64,000 nt of DNA from Candidatus Bathyarchaeia archaeon. Its GTDB lineage: Archaea; Thermoproteota; Bathyarchaeia; Bathyarchaeales; Bathycorpusculaceae. Shown here piece by piece: positions 20,322 to 31,700 of this stretch; the first letter of the stretch is position 1; each line of letters starts with the position of its first letter. The stretch is from NCBI GenBank assembly GCA_049515895.1, contig JBEKTQ010000005.1, positions 82,207 through 146,206 on the forward strand. The letters are read 5' to 3'. Under the pieces are notes generated by a model. The model ran no database searches, was not told where the DNA came from, and was given only the letters and a program-made list of their open reading frames with translations. The translations under genes were made by a program, and so were the position numbers.

Positions 20322-20875
20322 TTCGACTCAATCCTTTCCAGTGCTCTCTTAGCTGCAAACTTGGCGTCTGCGGCACTATTATCGTTAACTATCAACTGCT
20401 CAGCCATCGCTATAACGTTCCCCAGCCCGACGTTTAGCTCGCGTATATCACGTTCACGGAACACAGCCCAACCATCGGGGTCATCACTTCGGCGGCGGCT
20501 AAACAAGCGATTAAACCTTGTTTCAGGCGAAGCATGCACGGCTACAACGGTAAATTTTGCGAAATGTTTTTTGAAGGCGTCAACCTCGTAGAGGCTTCGC
20601 AATCCGTCAACGAGAACCTTGGCGCTTTCTTGTCCCTCAATTTTTGGAATACACTTTGAAGCGACCACTGTGTTTCCGCCTTCCTCACGGAGTTCAAGCA
20701 TAATTTTGCCTACGTTTTGTGGCGTTAAATCCAAGCCGTGCTTGGCTGTTTCTTCCCTGACTATGTCGCCCATAACCACGATGGCGTAGCCGAATTCGTG
20801 TGCGGCGTCAACGACCAGTGATTTGCCAGAGCCAGGCATCCCTGCTAAACCAACAACTAGTTTGTCAGTGTTCAT
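20309..20875 (-). CDS. UPF0200 / dephospho-CoA kinase-like P-loop kinase
   Basis: GMPGSGKS, MGDIVRE, VDGLRS and RDIRELNVGL motifs. Confidence 0.88.
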   Translation of the reverse strand: MNTDKLVVGLAGMPGSGKSLVVDAAHEFGYAIVVMGDIVREETAKHGLDLTPQNVGKIMLELREEGGNTVVASKCIPKIEGQESAKVLVDGLRSLYEVDAFKKHFAKFTVVAVHASPETRFNRLFSRRRSDDPDGWAVFRERDIRELNVGLGNVIAMAEQLIVNDNSAADAKFAAKRALERIESKWIK

Positions 20876-21165
20876 AGTGCACCCTTTTTTGTTTCTATGG
20901 CGTTAACTCACATTAAAGAGTATCTGAAACGCAAGGCAATGGTGAGTTATCAAACAACATAGACCAAGGCAAACGGTAACTCTCACATTCCAGAACGGGG
21001 CTTAATTCTTTTTAACGATTCAAGTAGTTAGGCCAGTAGTGAATCCTCACTTCATTTGAAGAGTGAAATGAAAATACAAACAAAATGATGAGCGCAAACC
21101 GTTTGATTTTCGTTTTTAAAAGCATTTATGCTGGTAACAGTTAAAGTACACTAAAGGAATCCGCA

Positions 21166-21744
21166 ATGTCTGAACGAATTAGGAGCTTCATTGCCTTTGA
21201 CATGGAAAACGATCAGGTGCTCAGCAAACTTGCCGACGCACAGAAACTTCTCCGAGAGACTGGCGCCGACCTCAAGCTTGTCGACCCTAAGAACATCCAC
21301 GTAACCATGCGTTTTCTCGGCGACATCAGTCCTGGCATGGTGGACAAAATCCATGAAAAAATGAAGAACATTAAATTCACGCCCTTCACCATTCAACTCC
21401 GAGGGTTAGGTGTCTTTCCAAGCCTGAATTACCCAAGAGTCGTTTGGGCAGGCATGACCGAGGGTGCGGAACAGCTCAAAAGCATCTTCACTCAGTTGGA
21501 ACCGCAGATACGCGCTCTAGGCTTTGCAGCGGATGCTTACGGTTTTAGTCCCCACTTGACTATAGCACGGGTTAGGTCAGGGGTTAACAAGCAGCGCCTT
21601 ACTGAACTAGTTGCTAATAAGGCTGATTATGAGTTTGGGACTATTAATGCGAATTGCTTGCGGCTTAAAAGAAGCCAGCTTTCACCTAAGGGTCCAACTT
21701 ACTCAACAATAAGAGAATTTTGTCCAACATTGAAACAAGAATGA
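21166..21744 (+). CDS. thpR: RNA 2',3'-cyclic phosphodiesterase (2H family)
   Basis: RSFIAF, HVTMRFLG, PHLTIARV and GPTYS motifs. Confidence 0.93.
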   Translation: MSERIRSFIAFDMENDQVLSKLADAQKLLRETGADLKLVDPKNIHVTMRFLGDISPGMVDKIHEKMKNIKFTPFTIQLRGLGVFPSLNYPRVVWAGMTEGAEQLKSIFTQLEPQIRALGFAADAYGFSPHLTIARVRSGVNKQRLTELVANKADYEFGTINANCLRLKRSQLSPKGPTYSTIREFCPTLKQE

Positions 21745-23162
21745 TTTTCATGCAGGAAATTACACAGCAAGTTCTCATGCAAATTTCACCGACAGATGAA
21801 GACCGCACGAAAGTTGAGGCGGTAATCCGGGAGTTAGTGCAGAAAGTAGACATAGCCTGTAGGGAAGAAGGGGTTTCAGCGGTTGTGCGTGTTGAGGGCT
21901 CAGTAGCCAAAGACACTTGGCTTCGCGAGAACCCGGACATCGATATTTTTGTGCGTTTGCCTATCTCGATACCAAGAAAGAAACTGGGCGAAGTAGGCTT
22001 AAAAATAGCAAGGAAAGCAGCGGGCAGTTACCCGCAGGTTGAACGGTTCGCTGAGCACCCGTACCTTCAAATTGTGGTTGAGGGTTACCGCGTGGACATT
22101 GTTCCCTGCTACGATGCCAAACCCGGCGAGTGGCAAAGCGCCACAGACCGCACACCCTACCACACAGATTACATAAAAAAACATTTTACTACAGGACTGC
22201 GAAACGAGGTAAGGCTTCTTAAAAGCTTCATGCAGAGCACAGGCGTCTACGGAGCTGAAATAAAGGTTGGTGGGTTCAGCGGTTACCTTTGCGAACTGTT
22301 GATAATGAGGTATGGGTCTTTCGGTGAAACCATAGAAGCTTTTGCACATTACAGTAAACGGGTAGTAGTCGACATCAAAGACCACTACGCTGGTAGGCAA
22401 CGTGAGCTATCTCTGCTTTTCCCTGAGCCTCTGGTGATTGTTGACCCGGTTGATAAAGGAAGAAACGTCGCTTCCGCAGTGCAACCTGAGAAACTATACA
22501 GTTTTGTTGCTGCTTCAAGAGCTTTCTTGCAGAAACCGGACTCAGCTTTCTTTTTCCCCCCAAAAACTAGAGCCCTGCCGCTTGAACGCCTAAAAACCCT
22601 GCTGGAAAGCCACGATTTATCAATCGTGTTTCTGGTAATTGATCAAGTTCCCTCTGTTCCCGATGTTCTTTGGGGTCAACTGTACAGAACAAAACGTTCA
22701 CTGCACAAGTTAATAGAGCTCAACGACTGCAAAATTCTTAAAGACGCGGTTTGGAGTAACGAAAAAAACCTAAGCATTTTCATTTTTGAATTGGAGCAGC
22801 AAATTTTGCCGAAAATCAAGAAGCACCTCGGTCCACCGCTTGAACGGGAACCCGAGTGCAAATCTTTTTTGGAGAAGTACGTTTGGAACGAGCACATTAC
22901 TTCAGGACCCTTCGTCGAGGACGGTCGTTGGATGGTGTTGTTGCCGCGCAAAACAACCGACGTCGTCATGCTATTGAGGGACAAGCTGGCTGGGGGAGGC
23001 AAAAGTGTTGGCGTTGCAGACCTGATTGCTGAATCAATCCGCAAGAAACTCAAGGTTATGGTTAACGGCGAAATAAGCGGAGTATACTCTGAGAATGGCG
23101 ATTTTGCAGTGTTCCTGACCGAATTTACCTCTGGCAGACCGTTCTGGCTGAAAAAACCATAG
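21741..23162 (+). CDS. cca: Archaeal class I CCA tRNA nucleotidyltransferase
   Basis: GSVAKDTWL..DIDIF, AEHPY, DRTPYH, GFSGYLCELL and DPVDKGRNVA motifs; ATGA overlap with thpR. Confidence 0.96.
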   Translation: MIFMQEITQQVLMQISPTDEDRTKVEAVIRELVQKVDIACREEGVSAVVRVEGSVAKDTWLRENPDIDIFVRLPISIPRKKLGEVGLKIARKAAGSYPQVERFAEHPYLQIVVEGYRVDIVPCYDAKPGEWQSATDRTPYHTDYIKKHFTTGLRNEVRLLKSFMQSTGVYGAEIKVGGFSGYLCELLIMRYGSFGETIEAFAHYSKRVVVDIKDHYAGRQRELSLLFPEPLVIVDPVDKGRNVASAVQPEKLYSFVAASRAFLQKPDSAFFFPPKTRALPLERLKTLLESHDLSIVFLVIDQVPSVPDVLWGQLYRTKRSLHKLIELNDCKILKDAVWSNEKNLSIFIFELEQQILPKIKKHLGPPLEREPECKSFLEKYVWNEHITSGPFVEDGRWMVLLPRKTTDVVMLLRDKLAGGGKSVGVADLIAESIRKKLKVMVNGEISGVYSENGDFAVFLTEFTSGRPFWLKKP

Positions 23163-23273
23163 AGGACAACGAGTTCAGTGTTTTTGGCCTGTTCCACTGA
23201 AAGAACAGTTTGTTCCTTGAGGAGAGCTATTAGAAAGAATGCTGCGTTCTCTAAATGTAAAGAAGAATAGAAC

Positions 23274-24386
23274 GTGATAAACACGAGAGGTAAGTTACTG
23301 ATTATATGCGTTCTCGTTTGTCTGGTCAGTCTAAACACCGCCAGGATTGGCGTTAGGGCTCAGCCCGGTGGAGCCATCGTTATTAATGCTGACGGCTCGA
23401 TTTGGGGAACCAGTTTGATCCAGCGTCAAGGAAATATTTACAGCCTCGCAGGCAACATTTACGACATGCCTATCACCGTGTCATGCAGCAACATTGTTCT
23501 TGACGGCGAAGGGTTTGCGCTTCAGGGTGCAGGCGGCTGGGGGACGCCTGGGGTCGCAGGCTTGGAGAACTCTGCTGCGATAGACCTTGCGTGCAGCAAT
23601 GTAACTGTTCGTGACTTTGACATATGGGGCTGGGAAACAGGGGTCGCAGGTGCCTACGACGGCAACGCAGTTACTGACAACAATATTAGCAGAACAGAAA
23701 ACGCGATCGCGATTTACGCTGACAAGTACATTGTAAACTGCAACTCCTTTTCGGACAGCATTTACGGGGTCTACATCAAGGGCAGCAATAACTTTGTCTC
23801 GCAAAACCAGATTGCTGCCAACTATTGCGGCATAATGATTTACCCGACTATCGAGACCACAGTAACGGAGAACAACTTCACGGGCAATGAAGTCTGCCTT
23901 ACCATTGGCACCTATGACAATTTCAGTTACCAAATTTACGATAACAACTTCATAATCAAATCGAACTCGACGGTTGTCGAAACAACCTCAGACGCTTTGG
24001 GACCCTCCGATACTGGAACGCTTCCCCCGTGGGATAACGGCTCGATAGGTAACTACTGGAGTGACTACTCTGCAATGTACCCGAACGCCGCCCAAGTCGA
24101 CAACTCAAGCATCGGCAACACACCCTACTTAATCCGCACCAACCCCACAGTCATAGACCGCTACCCGCTTATGACCCCCGCTTCACCTCGAAACACAAAT
24201 CAATCATCATCCTTTGAGACGACTAATGACGATTCGACTCCACCCTTCTCAAAAGCTGAACCAGAGTCTTCTCAAAGTCTACGGAGCAGAACCATAGAGT
24301 TTTCGTTTGCAACCGCCGCAATCATTTCGGTAGCATCGTGCATCGTTGTGTTAGCGTTTAGAAACAAGTTGTTCTGGCTCAAATAA
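23274..24386 (+). CDS. NosD-like right-handed beta-helix surface protein
   Basis: IVINADGSI, NIVLDGEGF, Asn-ladder repeats, GNYWSDY, DRYPLM and a C-terminal TM. Confidence 0.8.
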   Translation: MINTRGKLLIICVLVCLVSLNTARIGVRAQPGGAIVINADGSIWGTSLIQRQGNIYSLAGNIYDMPITVSCSNIVLDGEGFALQGAGGWGTPGVAGLENSAAIDLACSNVTVRDFDIWGWETGVAGAYDGNAVTDNNISRTENAIAIYADKYIVNCNSFSDSIYGVYIKGSNNFVSQNQIAANYCGIMIYPTIETTVTENNFTGNEVCLTIGTYDNFSYQIYDNNFIIKSNSTVVETTSDALGPSDTGTLPPWDNGSIGNYWSDYSAMYPNAAQVDNSSIGNTPYLIRTNPTVIDRYPLMTPASPRNTNQSSSFETTNDDSTPPFSKAEPESSQSLRSRTIEFSFATAAIISVASCIVVLAFRNKLFWLK

Positions 24387-24436
24387 AACCACCAGCAAAA
24401 CTTCTTTTTTATTTACCGAAAAGAAGTCGGGTAGGT

Positions 24437-25618
24437 CTATTGGGTCACTGAGTGGTACCAGCTGATTATGTATTCAGGCAGGTTTAAACCTCTTTGACCG
24501 AGCCGTTCAGCAAGCTTGACAGGCACTGGACTCAACGCGAAGGCTGCTCGGGTGTAGAACCGTCTTGGCGTAAGTGGCTTAGCTTCCTCAGGAAGGACAA
24601 GTGCCATGTCTGCCTTCTTTGCAAGAGTCGAGTCTTTGGAGCTGGTTATCGCGAAAACTGTTCCAGCGAACTTTTTGATGACGTCAGCCCAGATGATGAC
24701 AGGTCTTGTTTCGCCCGAATAAGAAATTAGGATTTCAAGGTCACCTGCCCTCGGATGCGGCGTATTAACGCCCCTAGTGATGTAGACGTTGTCTCCGAGG
24801 AAGCTTTTGATGTGGAATAGCCTGACGCCTGTCATCTTGGCAATTTCGTTAGCAGTGCCTTTTCCACCAAGGAAAACGTTTGTTCGTTTTTCAAGCAAAT
24901 CGACAAGTTGCGTGTACGTTTCAGAGTTTACGTTCGAGTCTATGATGTCCCCAATTCTTTCAAGTTCATCAACGCAAAGCTGGAAAACGTCTTCAACCTC
25001 AAGATTTCGGAACACCGCTTCAACCATGCTGTTCAAAAGTTCCAGCGTGCCCAGTTCGAATATGTCGCCCATCATACCTGTCTCGCTGTACTCGGTTCCA
25101 GGCTTTGACTTGCCACGGCCTTTAAGCTCAACCACGTGACCATACTTGTCAACTAACTCGCCCAGCGGCGACTCAGGGGCAGAGGTAAAAAGGCCCATCG
25201 AGAACCTGTTTGTTTTCTTCTCTTCGATGTACTGGGCTAAATCCTGCGCCATCACCAAGGGATCATCAGAATAACCGCTACCGCTATTTATTAGAAGCAA
25301 CGTTTTCTTGTAGCGCCTCGCAAGGTCGGCTGCCGCATCGTACATGCTTTTGCCTGGAAAACCCGGGTCATCCGGTGTCAAAACCACCTTGTTCCGCCAA
25401 CCCTCTTGGCTAAGCGCAATCTGGCTTAACGCAGCGTTCAATGAGTAAAGTGATCTGCCCGACCCACCACAGATTACACAGTCAGCTGATTTTAAATCGT
25501 TATACAGGGGTGAAAGCTCTCTGTGCTTTATACTAAGGATGTTTTCTTGGATTTTGTTGATATACCCTATGCTACTTATTTTGCTTTTGATACCAACGAC
25601 ACCCGCGTGCAAAAACAT
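24437..25618 (-). CDS. Tandem SIS-domain protein (3-hexulose-6-phosphate isomerase-like)
   Basis: Two SIS halves: GSGRS...INSGSG...DIFELG and GGKGTA...ISYSGET...STLAKKAD. Confidence 0.75.
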   Translation of the reverse strand: MFLHAGVVGIKSKISSIGYINKIQENILSIKHRELSPLYNDLKSADCVICGGSGRSLYSLNAALSQIALSQEGWRNKVVLTPDDPGFPGKSMYDAAADLARRYKKTLLLINSGSGYSDDPLVMAQDLAQYIEEKKTNRFSMGLFTSAPESPLGELVDKYGHVVELKGRGKSKPGTEYSETGMMGDIFELGTLELLNSMVEAVFRNLEVEDVFQLCVDELERIGDIIDSNVNSETYTQLVDLLEKRTNVFLGGKGTANEIAKMTGVRLFHIKSFLGDNVYITRGVNTPHPRAGDLEILISYSGETRPVIIWADVIKKFAGTVFAITSSKDSTLAKKADMALVLPEEAKPLTPRRFYTRAAFALSPVPVKLAERLGQRGLNLPEYIISWYHSVTQ

Positions 25619-25781
25619 GATTTAACGACACAGTATATTATCCTTGCGCTCACCAGCATGTAAAAAAACCTAGCACGCCACGTAGTGCTTAACTTCATGG
25701 TTCTTGACAAGAGTTTCCCAAAAGCGCCGCTAAAGGTTTATATCAAAAGAAGCCTTCAGCCAAAGAACTCGGTGAAAATTA

Positions 25782-26417
25782 ATGCCATCTCACACAAGCG
25801 CCGAAAAATTCCAGTTTATCGCAAAATTAGCATTGGAGATGGGTGCTGCTGACGCCAAAGTAATCCCTGCCAAAAAAGTGGTAGTTGAAGACCGAGTGGT
25901 TCTCAAATGCAAAATCGGCTGCAACAACTACGGCAAAACCCTAGCTTGTCCACCCTACACTCCGTCGGCTGAAGAGTTCAGGAAAATCGTTGACGAGTAC
26001 GATTACGCCGTGTTCATGAAGTTCAAGTCGAAAGCTACGGCTGACGCAGAAGTGCTAAAGAACCTTAATGTTGCCGAATCCGACCCGACCGTGCTAAAAG
26101 AAATCAAGGAAAAGACGACGAAGTTTTGGGCAGACTGGAAAGCCGATAAGAAAAAAATGCTACAAACCGTGGTTGACTTGGAAAAAGCAGCCATGAAAGA
26201 AGGCTACAGCTTAGCGATCTCGTTCGTTTCGGGAACCTGCCAGCTCTGCGACAAATGTAACACTCAAACAAGAATTTGCGTGCATCCCGAGTTGGCGCGC
26301 TGGTCAGAGGACGCTGTTGGCGTAAATGTGAAAAAAACGGCAACCAACGCTGGGATCGAAATTAGCTTTCCATTCACGAAAAACCCTGAATCCTTCGCGT
26401 TGCTTCTGATAGATTAA
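25782..26417 (+). CDS. DUF2284 metal-binding protein
   Basis: KCKIGCNNYGKTLACPP, GTCQLCDKC and CVHP..ARWSEDAVG motifs. Confidence 0.85.
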   Translation: MPSHTSAEKFQFIAKLALEMGAADAKVIPAKKVVVEDRVVLKCKIGCNNYGKTLACPPYTPSAEEFRKIVDEYDYAVFMKFKSKATADAEVLKNLNVAESDPTVLKEIKEKTTKFWADWKADKKKMLQTVVDLEKAAMKEGYSLAISFVSGTCQLCDKCNTQTRICVHPELARWSEDAVGVNVKKTATNAGIEISFPFTKNPESFALLLID

Positions 26418-26469
26418 GCAAATAGCTGCAGTGGAAATTTCTTTTAACATGGCAGAAATTGTGACCCTG

Positions 26470-27552
26470 TTACAAGGATTTTTTGAGGAAGGAATTAAGT
26501 TTTTTCCATGTTGGGTGATTTCCTTCGGGGTCAGATAGGTAGCAGGCGGAAACCGCGTTTGCCAGCGTCAGGCGACACTGATCTGAAAGATTGTTGTGGT
26601 CACCTATTATGTTTCCCGCTGTCCAAGCGTCGCCCGCGCCTGTCGCCCTCAACACCTTAATCTTGAATGTGGGCGCCAATGCCTCCGTTTTGCCTTTTAA
26701 AGTCGCGGAGAAAGAAGCGGTGTGAAGGTCAATTCTCGCCTGCAGGTGTTTCGCCAGAACCCGAGCCGCCTCTAAAGCCACTTCAGCAAACGGCAAATTG
26801 GTCCTTTTGTCATCAAACGTTTTGTCAAGTAAGCGAGCGTAGACGACTGCTTCGTTTTCGTTTAGGCTTAAGATGTCGAGTAATTGTGACTTGAAGATTT
26901 TTTCAATTAAATCAGGAATTGCGTGAATGTTTGGCGTTGGGTCGGCGGTGTCGTAGTAAGTTTTTCCTTTTCCCAGCTTTTTTGTCTTGCCGAAGACTCC
27001 TTGGGCAAGTTGTGTACCGTTCTTTGTAGTCCCAGCCCAATTAAAAAGACAAGCGTAATCCGCGTTTTCAATTGCCGCGTAATCGCTCTCATTCAAGTTG
27101 TCAGGTCCAAAATCTGCCAGAGCGCCTAAGTCGCGTATCATTACGTTCGTTTTTGCACCTTTGTTTCTTAACTCCAGCGCAGTTGTTATTGAAGCCTTAC
27201 CCAGCACCTTCACATGTGAAGTGTCAACCGTGGTACCTCTGAAATAATACCTTATTTGCTCCAGCCCCCACTTGCTTGTGCAAACAATCGGCGTAACCTT
27301 AACGCCTAGGTTTGCCAAGGCTGAAGCTACGTTGACGGCGTTTCCTCCCTGCATGTCAGTTTGAGGAATGCCATCTAGGCTGCCGCCTTTGCGTTTTGCT
27401 ACTTCTCCTATTAGACGCGAAAATTCACGTGGATTCCAATCCAGATTGATTAGGCGGTCAAGAAAAAAATCTGGTAAAACCGCAACCTTGCATTCTTTCC
27501 ATTCTTGTTTTGCAAAGGATTCGAGTTCGTTTTTGCACTCTACAATGGACAT
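26470..27552 (-). CDS. PfkB family carbohydrate kinase
   Basis: GGNAVNVA, LNENEA and TGAGDAWTAG motifs. Confidence 0.88.
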   Translation of the reverse strand: MSIVECKNELESFAKQEWKECKVAVLPDFFLDRLINLDWNPREFSRLIGEVAKRKGGSLDGIPQTDMQGGNAVNVASALANLGVKVTPIVCTSKWGLEQIRYYFRGTTVDTSHVKVLGKASITTALELRNKGAKTNVMIRDLGALADFGPDNLNESDYAAIENADYACLFNWAGTTKNGTQLAQGVFGKTKKLGKGKTYYDTADPTPNIHAIPDLIEKIFKSQLLDILSLNENEAVVYARLLDKTFDDKRTNLPFAEVALEAARVLAKHLQARIDLHTASFSATLKGKTEALAPTFKIKVLRATGAGDAWTAGNIIGDHNNLSDQCRLTLANAVSACYLSDPEGNHPTWKKLNSFLKKSL

Positions 27553-27625
27553 TAGACGGCTCCTTAGCGGTTATTTCCAAAAAGCTTAAAACAATCTAGC
27601 CATTAAAAGGTTTGTTAGTGGCTAA

Positions 27626-27904
27626 ATGGGGATTGGGGTAAGGAATTTGAAGTTCAAAACGGAAGTTTGCCTCTTATCACTTGCTCTTTCGTTATTCGTG
27701 GTAAGCGCTTTCTTTTACTCTTACCAAACTGGCAGCACAAGTCTGATGTTGAATTGGGGGTCTTACCCGTATCAGGGGTACAGCCTTGCATTGGTTGGTT
27801 TTGGCGCCGTTCTCACGTTGGTTGCTTTTGTGTCTTATTCAAAACGTGGCAAGAGTATTTACATTGAAACTTTTGATTTTTCAAGCGAGGATAAATCTAA
27901 CTAG
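27626..27904 (+). CDS. Small two-TM membrane protein
   Basis: Two hydrophobic segments in a 92-aa ORF. Confidence 0.6.
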   Translation: MGIGVRNLKFKTEVCLLSLALSLFVVSAFFYSYQTGSTSLMLNWGSYPYQGYSLALVGFGAVLTLVAFVSYSKRGKSIYIETFDFSSEDKSN

Positions 27905-28699
27905 CATCCATACAATATCCCCGCACAGTAGGGCAACGATTAAACCCGCAGTTATGAATATTAACATGGGTAATCCTGGGGTTGCCCACACGTAGGTGTC
28001 GATTTTTCCTGTTTGAGCGGCGTTGGATAAACGTTCGACGATTCCGTTTCTTCCCTCATCATTGGGAATAACCACCAATTTTCGTTTTAGAACGTTTTCG
28101 TCGTCAGCTTCAACGTCTTCCATAGGGAAGATATGCCATTTCTCTTTTAGTTTTGCAATAGTCACTTTGTAGCCTGTTATTAGGATAAGGATTTTTTTCC
28201 ATGCTGACTCATGTACAAGTGTTCCCGTAAACATTTTTTTCCCATTTTTCTTGTGCCACACAAAATTGCGCAGTATCATGTACAAGCCGCTTGCTGCCGC
28301 AAACAAGACGCCGTTGCTGAAGATGGTCATTGGATATATTACTTGGGAGACAGGGGACAAGCTGTTTGCTATGATGGGCGTGAACAGGACGACAGGAGCG
28401 AATGGCAGGGAAAAGGCAATGCACATGAGGGCTTTTGAGTCTGCACCTCCGAATGCTCCAGAATAGAAAAGTAGGAAGGCTAACCCAATTGTGAAGCCTA
28501 CGCTTACCCCGAAGAGAACAAGTTTGGATTGGTCAAAAAGAAGCAGGTCCGATACACTGAGCGCAATTGCTATTGGCGCGTAGACCGCCCAAACCCAATT
28601 GCTTACTTCCCGGGTTTTATAGTCGCTCCATGACGAATAAAGCAGGATGACCAATGTAACGGCCACCTGTGACCCGATTAGAAGAAGTTGGTAGGTCAA
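27881..28699 (-). CDS. flaK: Class III signal (prepilin/preflagellin) peptidase, A24 family, FlaK/PibD-type
   Basis: SWSDYKTREVSN (first Asp), FGGADSK (GxGD-type) and C-terminal VWATPGLPML. Confidence 0.9.
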   Translation of the reverse strand: MTYQLLLIGSQVAVTLVILLYSSWSDYKTREVSNWVWAVYAPIAIALSVSDLLLFDQSKLVLFGVSVGFTIGLAFLLFYSGAFGGADSKALMCIAFSLPFAPVVLFTPIIANSLSPVSQVIYPMTIFSNGVLFAAASGLYMILRNFVWHKKNGKKMFTGTLVHESAWKKILILITGYKVTIAKLKEKWHIFPMEDVEADDENVLKRKLVVIPNDEGRNGIVERLSNAAQTGKIDTYVWATPGLPMLIFITAGLIVALLCGDIVWMLVRFILA

Positions 28700-28790
28700 C
28701 TTGTCACCTTTCGGTTTAAACTAGAACCTTAATTCCATTTAAGGAATATGAACATAAAATACTTAACGCAAATAAAGATTAAGAAAGCTA

Positions 28791-31700
28791 TTAGTTGCCG
28801 CAGGTCACATCGATGATCGGCGGCATTTCAGCAAGCACCCAGAGCCCAGGCGAAACCCCGTTGTAGATTGGAATCACCGAGTTGTCAAAAGTCACGATTG
28901 CCCCATACCATGAAACGTCTAAAGCATAGGTGAAGGACAGTGAACTTTGCGGCATCACTGGAAGCAGCGAAATTGTTTCAGACGTGCTGTTTGCGCTTAA
29001 GGCGCCTCTTGGAGTCGCGGGACTCATACTGTCAAACCTGTAGAGTGCATGGTTAAATCCGTCAGTATACATTATGCCTGCACCGGTGTTTCCATTTGTG
29101 AATTGGCTCCAATGATGGATCCAGGTTTGTGTGGCGTTGAAGACTTGTGTTCCGCTGGCGGCTACTGGGTCGCCTTGGGATGTTCCGTTTTCAGTTTGCA
29201 GCTGGTTTATGGTGGAAGTCAACGAGATTGGGCACAGCTCATTTATGTTGCGTGGCTGGCTTGAGCTGATGAACATAAGGCTGAGTTGGTAGGTGAAGTA
29301 GGTTGCGTTTGCAGGCAGCGTCAACACAATGTTAGCGTAGAGGTTTGGGCAACCGGGAACTCCGCCCGGATATCCTGTAGGCTGCCATTCAGCTTCCTGC
29401 TGAACTATGTCCCGCACTACGCCGTTGACTATCACGTAGTCTATTCCTGACCCGTAGGTGCTTGTAAAACCGTTTATCTGCATGAAGTTGGCGGTGCTCG
29501 TGGTGCCGCTGTCAAGAACTTTTGATGTTGCGGTGAATGGGCTAACGTTAAATTGGATGCCTAACTGCCCGTTGCTGACATAGTTGTTGTTTGTGTTGTA
29601 CGAGAAAGGAGAACGGGCATAAGCCAAAGAGGTTTGGACTGCTTGACTGCTGCCGTTCCACCATAAAGTAAATGCCGACACGTGAGTGTTCACGAGAAAA
29701 ACAACCATTTGCCTATTGCCAAAAACCGTGGCGTTGTTTGTTAAGCCCAGCGGCACGGTGTAGGATGAAGCCCAATCCTCAATTTGGAAGGGCACTTGCT
29801 GGTTTACGCCGTTTATGGTTTCGTTAACGTGAAGGGCTTTCACGGGTACAGGTGGGACAGGAATTGTCTGCGAGGTAACTTTCAAGTTTTGCCCGAGCCA
29901 AATCATGGTTCCATTCTGAAGAAGCTCCACCGCGACTGTTGCCGCCGGGTTCGTCAGTGACGTGAATATGTCTTGGTTAGATTGAGGTCTAATCAATCCG
30001 GCAGCTACTTGCCAAGTGTTCAGGGCGGTGTCACCTTGCTTGGTGAATTTTATTGTGAAGGTTGTTGAGCCTGAATTTAGGTAGGAGTTGATGGACATGT
30101 TGTTCCAACCGCTTACGAGGCCCGATGACAGGGTCTGCCATGTAGCCCCGTTCCAAGCGGACACAGCCACCTTGTTGGAGCTCATTGTGCCAGCGTCTAT
30201 GCAGAGGGTGGGATGAAGAAGCGTCGTCATGTTCAGGTTTATCCACTGCTCTTCAAGGTTTAGGCCGAAGCTCGCGTCGCCGCACGTAAACGTTGCTGAA
30301 TCGATGTTAACGTTGAACGGTTGTGAAGCTGTTACCGTGAATCGCATCGTCCAGTCACCCATGCTGTCTCGGAACTGGGATGGAGCTGGACTGCTGCTGC
30401 TTAGGAAAGATTGGCTGTACGGGGTGATGGATGCCCCCAAATTTGTCACGGTAAAATAGCCGTTTCCGCTGCCCGGGTACCCTGACCCATAATTGTAAAG
30501 TTGAAAGACAGCGTTAGCGTTCGCCACTGTTGCGTCGGCATCCATTTCCCACAGAAGGCTATTCCAAGTGTTCAAGTCAGATTTGCCTGAAAGCTCTGCT
30601 TCGCACGTGTACTGTGCTGGAAGAAGGAGGTTGCCGACGCTTGTTTGCTGTGAAAGTGTTAGCCCGCTGTTGTCAATCATCAAGTAGGCGTTGGTGTTAT
30701 CCTGGGTTGACGCGCTAACATAATAGTCTATCTCCAAATAATCCGTTTGGCTTACAACGGTGTATGCTGGGAAATTGTAGGTTCCTGAAAGCGTGGATGC
30801 GGAGGTTGTCAAGGCGCCAGATGGCGCGACACCCGAAACCAAGGTTTGCCTTAAAGTGCCTGATGACTCCCGAATTAGAATGTTTACATCGATTTTTCCC
30901 ACCGCCACGCTGGCAGCAGGATTAATTAGAACTGCACAGCAAGCGTAACCGACCGTTTTCGAGGGTTGCCACGCTAACGTTACGGTTCCAACTGACGGGT
31001 TTAGTACGTCGTCTCCGTAACCCATGTATTTCTGCCCTGTTTGGCTCCACCTTGGGTCGGAGGCGCCGTTGTTGTCGGTAATGCTGTACACCTGACCTAG
31101 ATTTGTGCCTATACTTGCGTACACAGCCTGCCCGACGCCTGTTGCTGTAACAGCCACCGACGGGGATGAGCCGTAGTTTGCAGCGCTATTTTGGGTTTGA
31201 ACCGGATTTGATTGGTTTACACTTGAGTAAGAAACTGCTCCTCCGACCGCCGTTGAGCTGGCAGACATGGTTACTTGAATTGAATGGCTGCCTGACGTGG
31301 GAGCTACTAGGTAAAATATGTATGTTCGTACTTGTGGGTTGGAGTTGGAAGAGTACGCGTTTGTTGATTCCTGAGTCATTGTTACGCCGTTATATTTCAC
31401 GTTTGAAACCGTTGCGGGTCCAGATGCACCTGCAGCCTTAGACACAGCTACTGTGACAACTAGTAGGCGGTTGTTTCCGCTTCCGACATTGTGGCTCCAA
31501 GAAAAGGTTGTGGTGCCACCCGTGTAAGTGTACGATGATTGAGCGTCGTAGCTCACTGACGAAACAGAGTCTTTCCATGCCCTATAATTGAATGTCCACG
31601 TGTTTGCGGGGATCGTGGACAGCCCTTGTAGGCTGTAGACTACTTTGCCTAAAAGAGTGCTTGAACTTGACATGGAGCCGCTAAACGTGTATCCCGAAGA

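Noticed and set aside
18891-23162. MBL nuclease plus nucleotidyltransferase plus 2H phosphodiesterase as a CBASS-like defence system
   Set aside because: The nucleotidyltransferase is a canonical class I CCA enzyme, and thpR-cca with UPF0200-DUF54 is a housekeeping archaeal neighbourhood.
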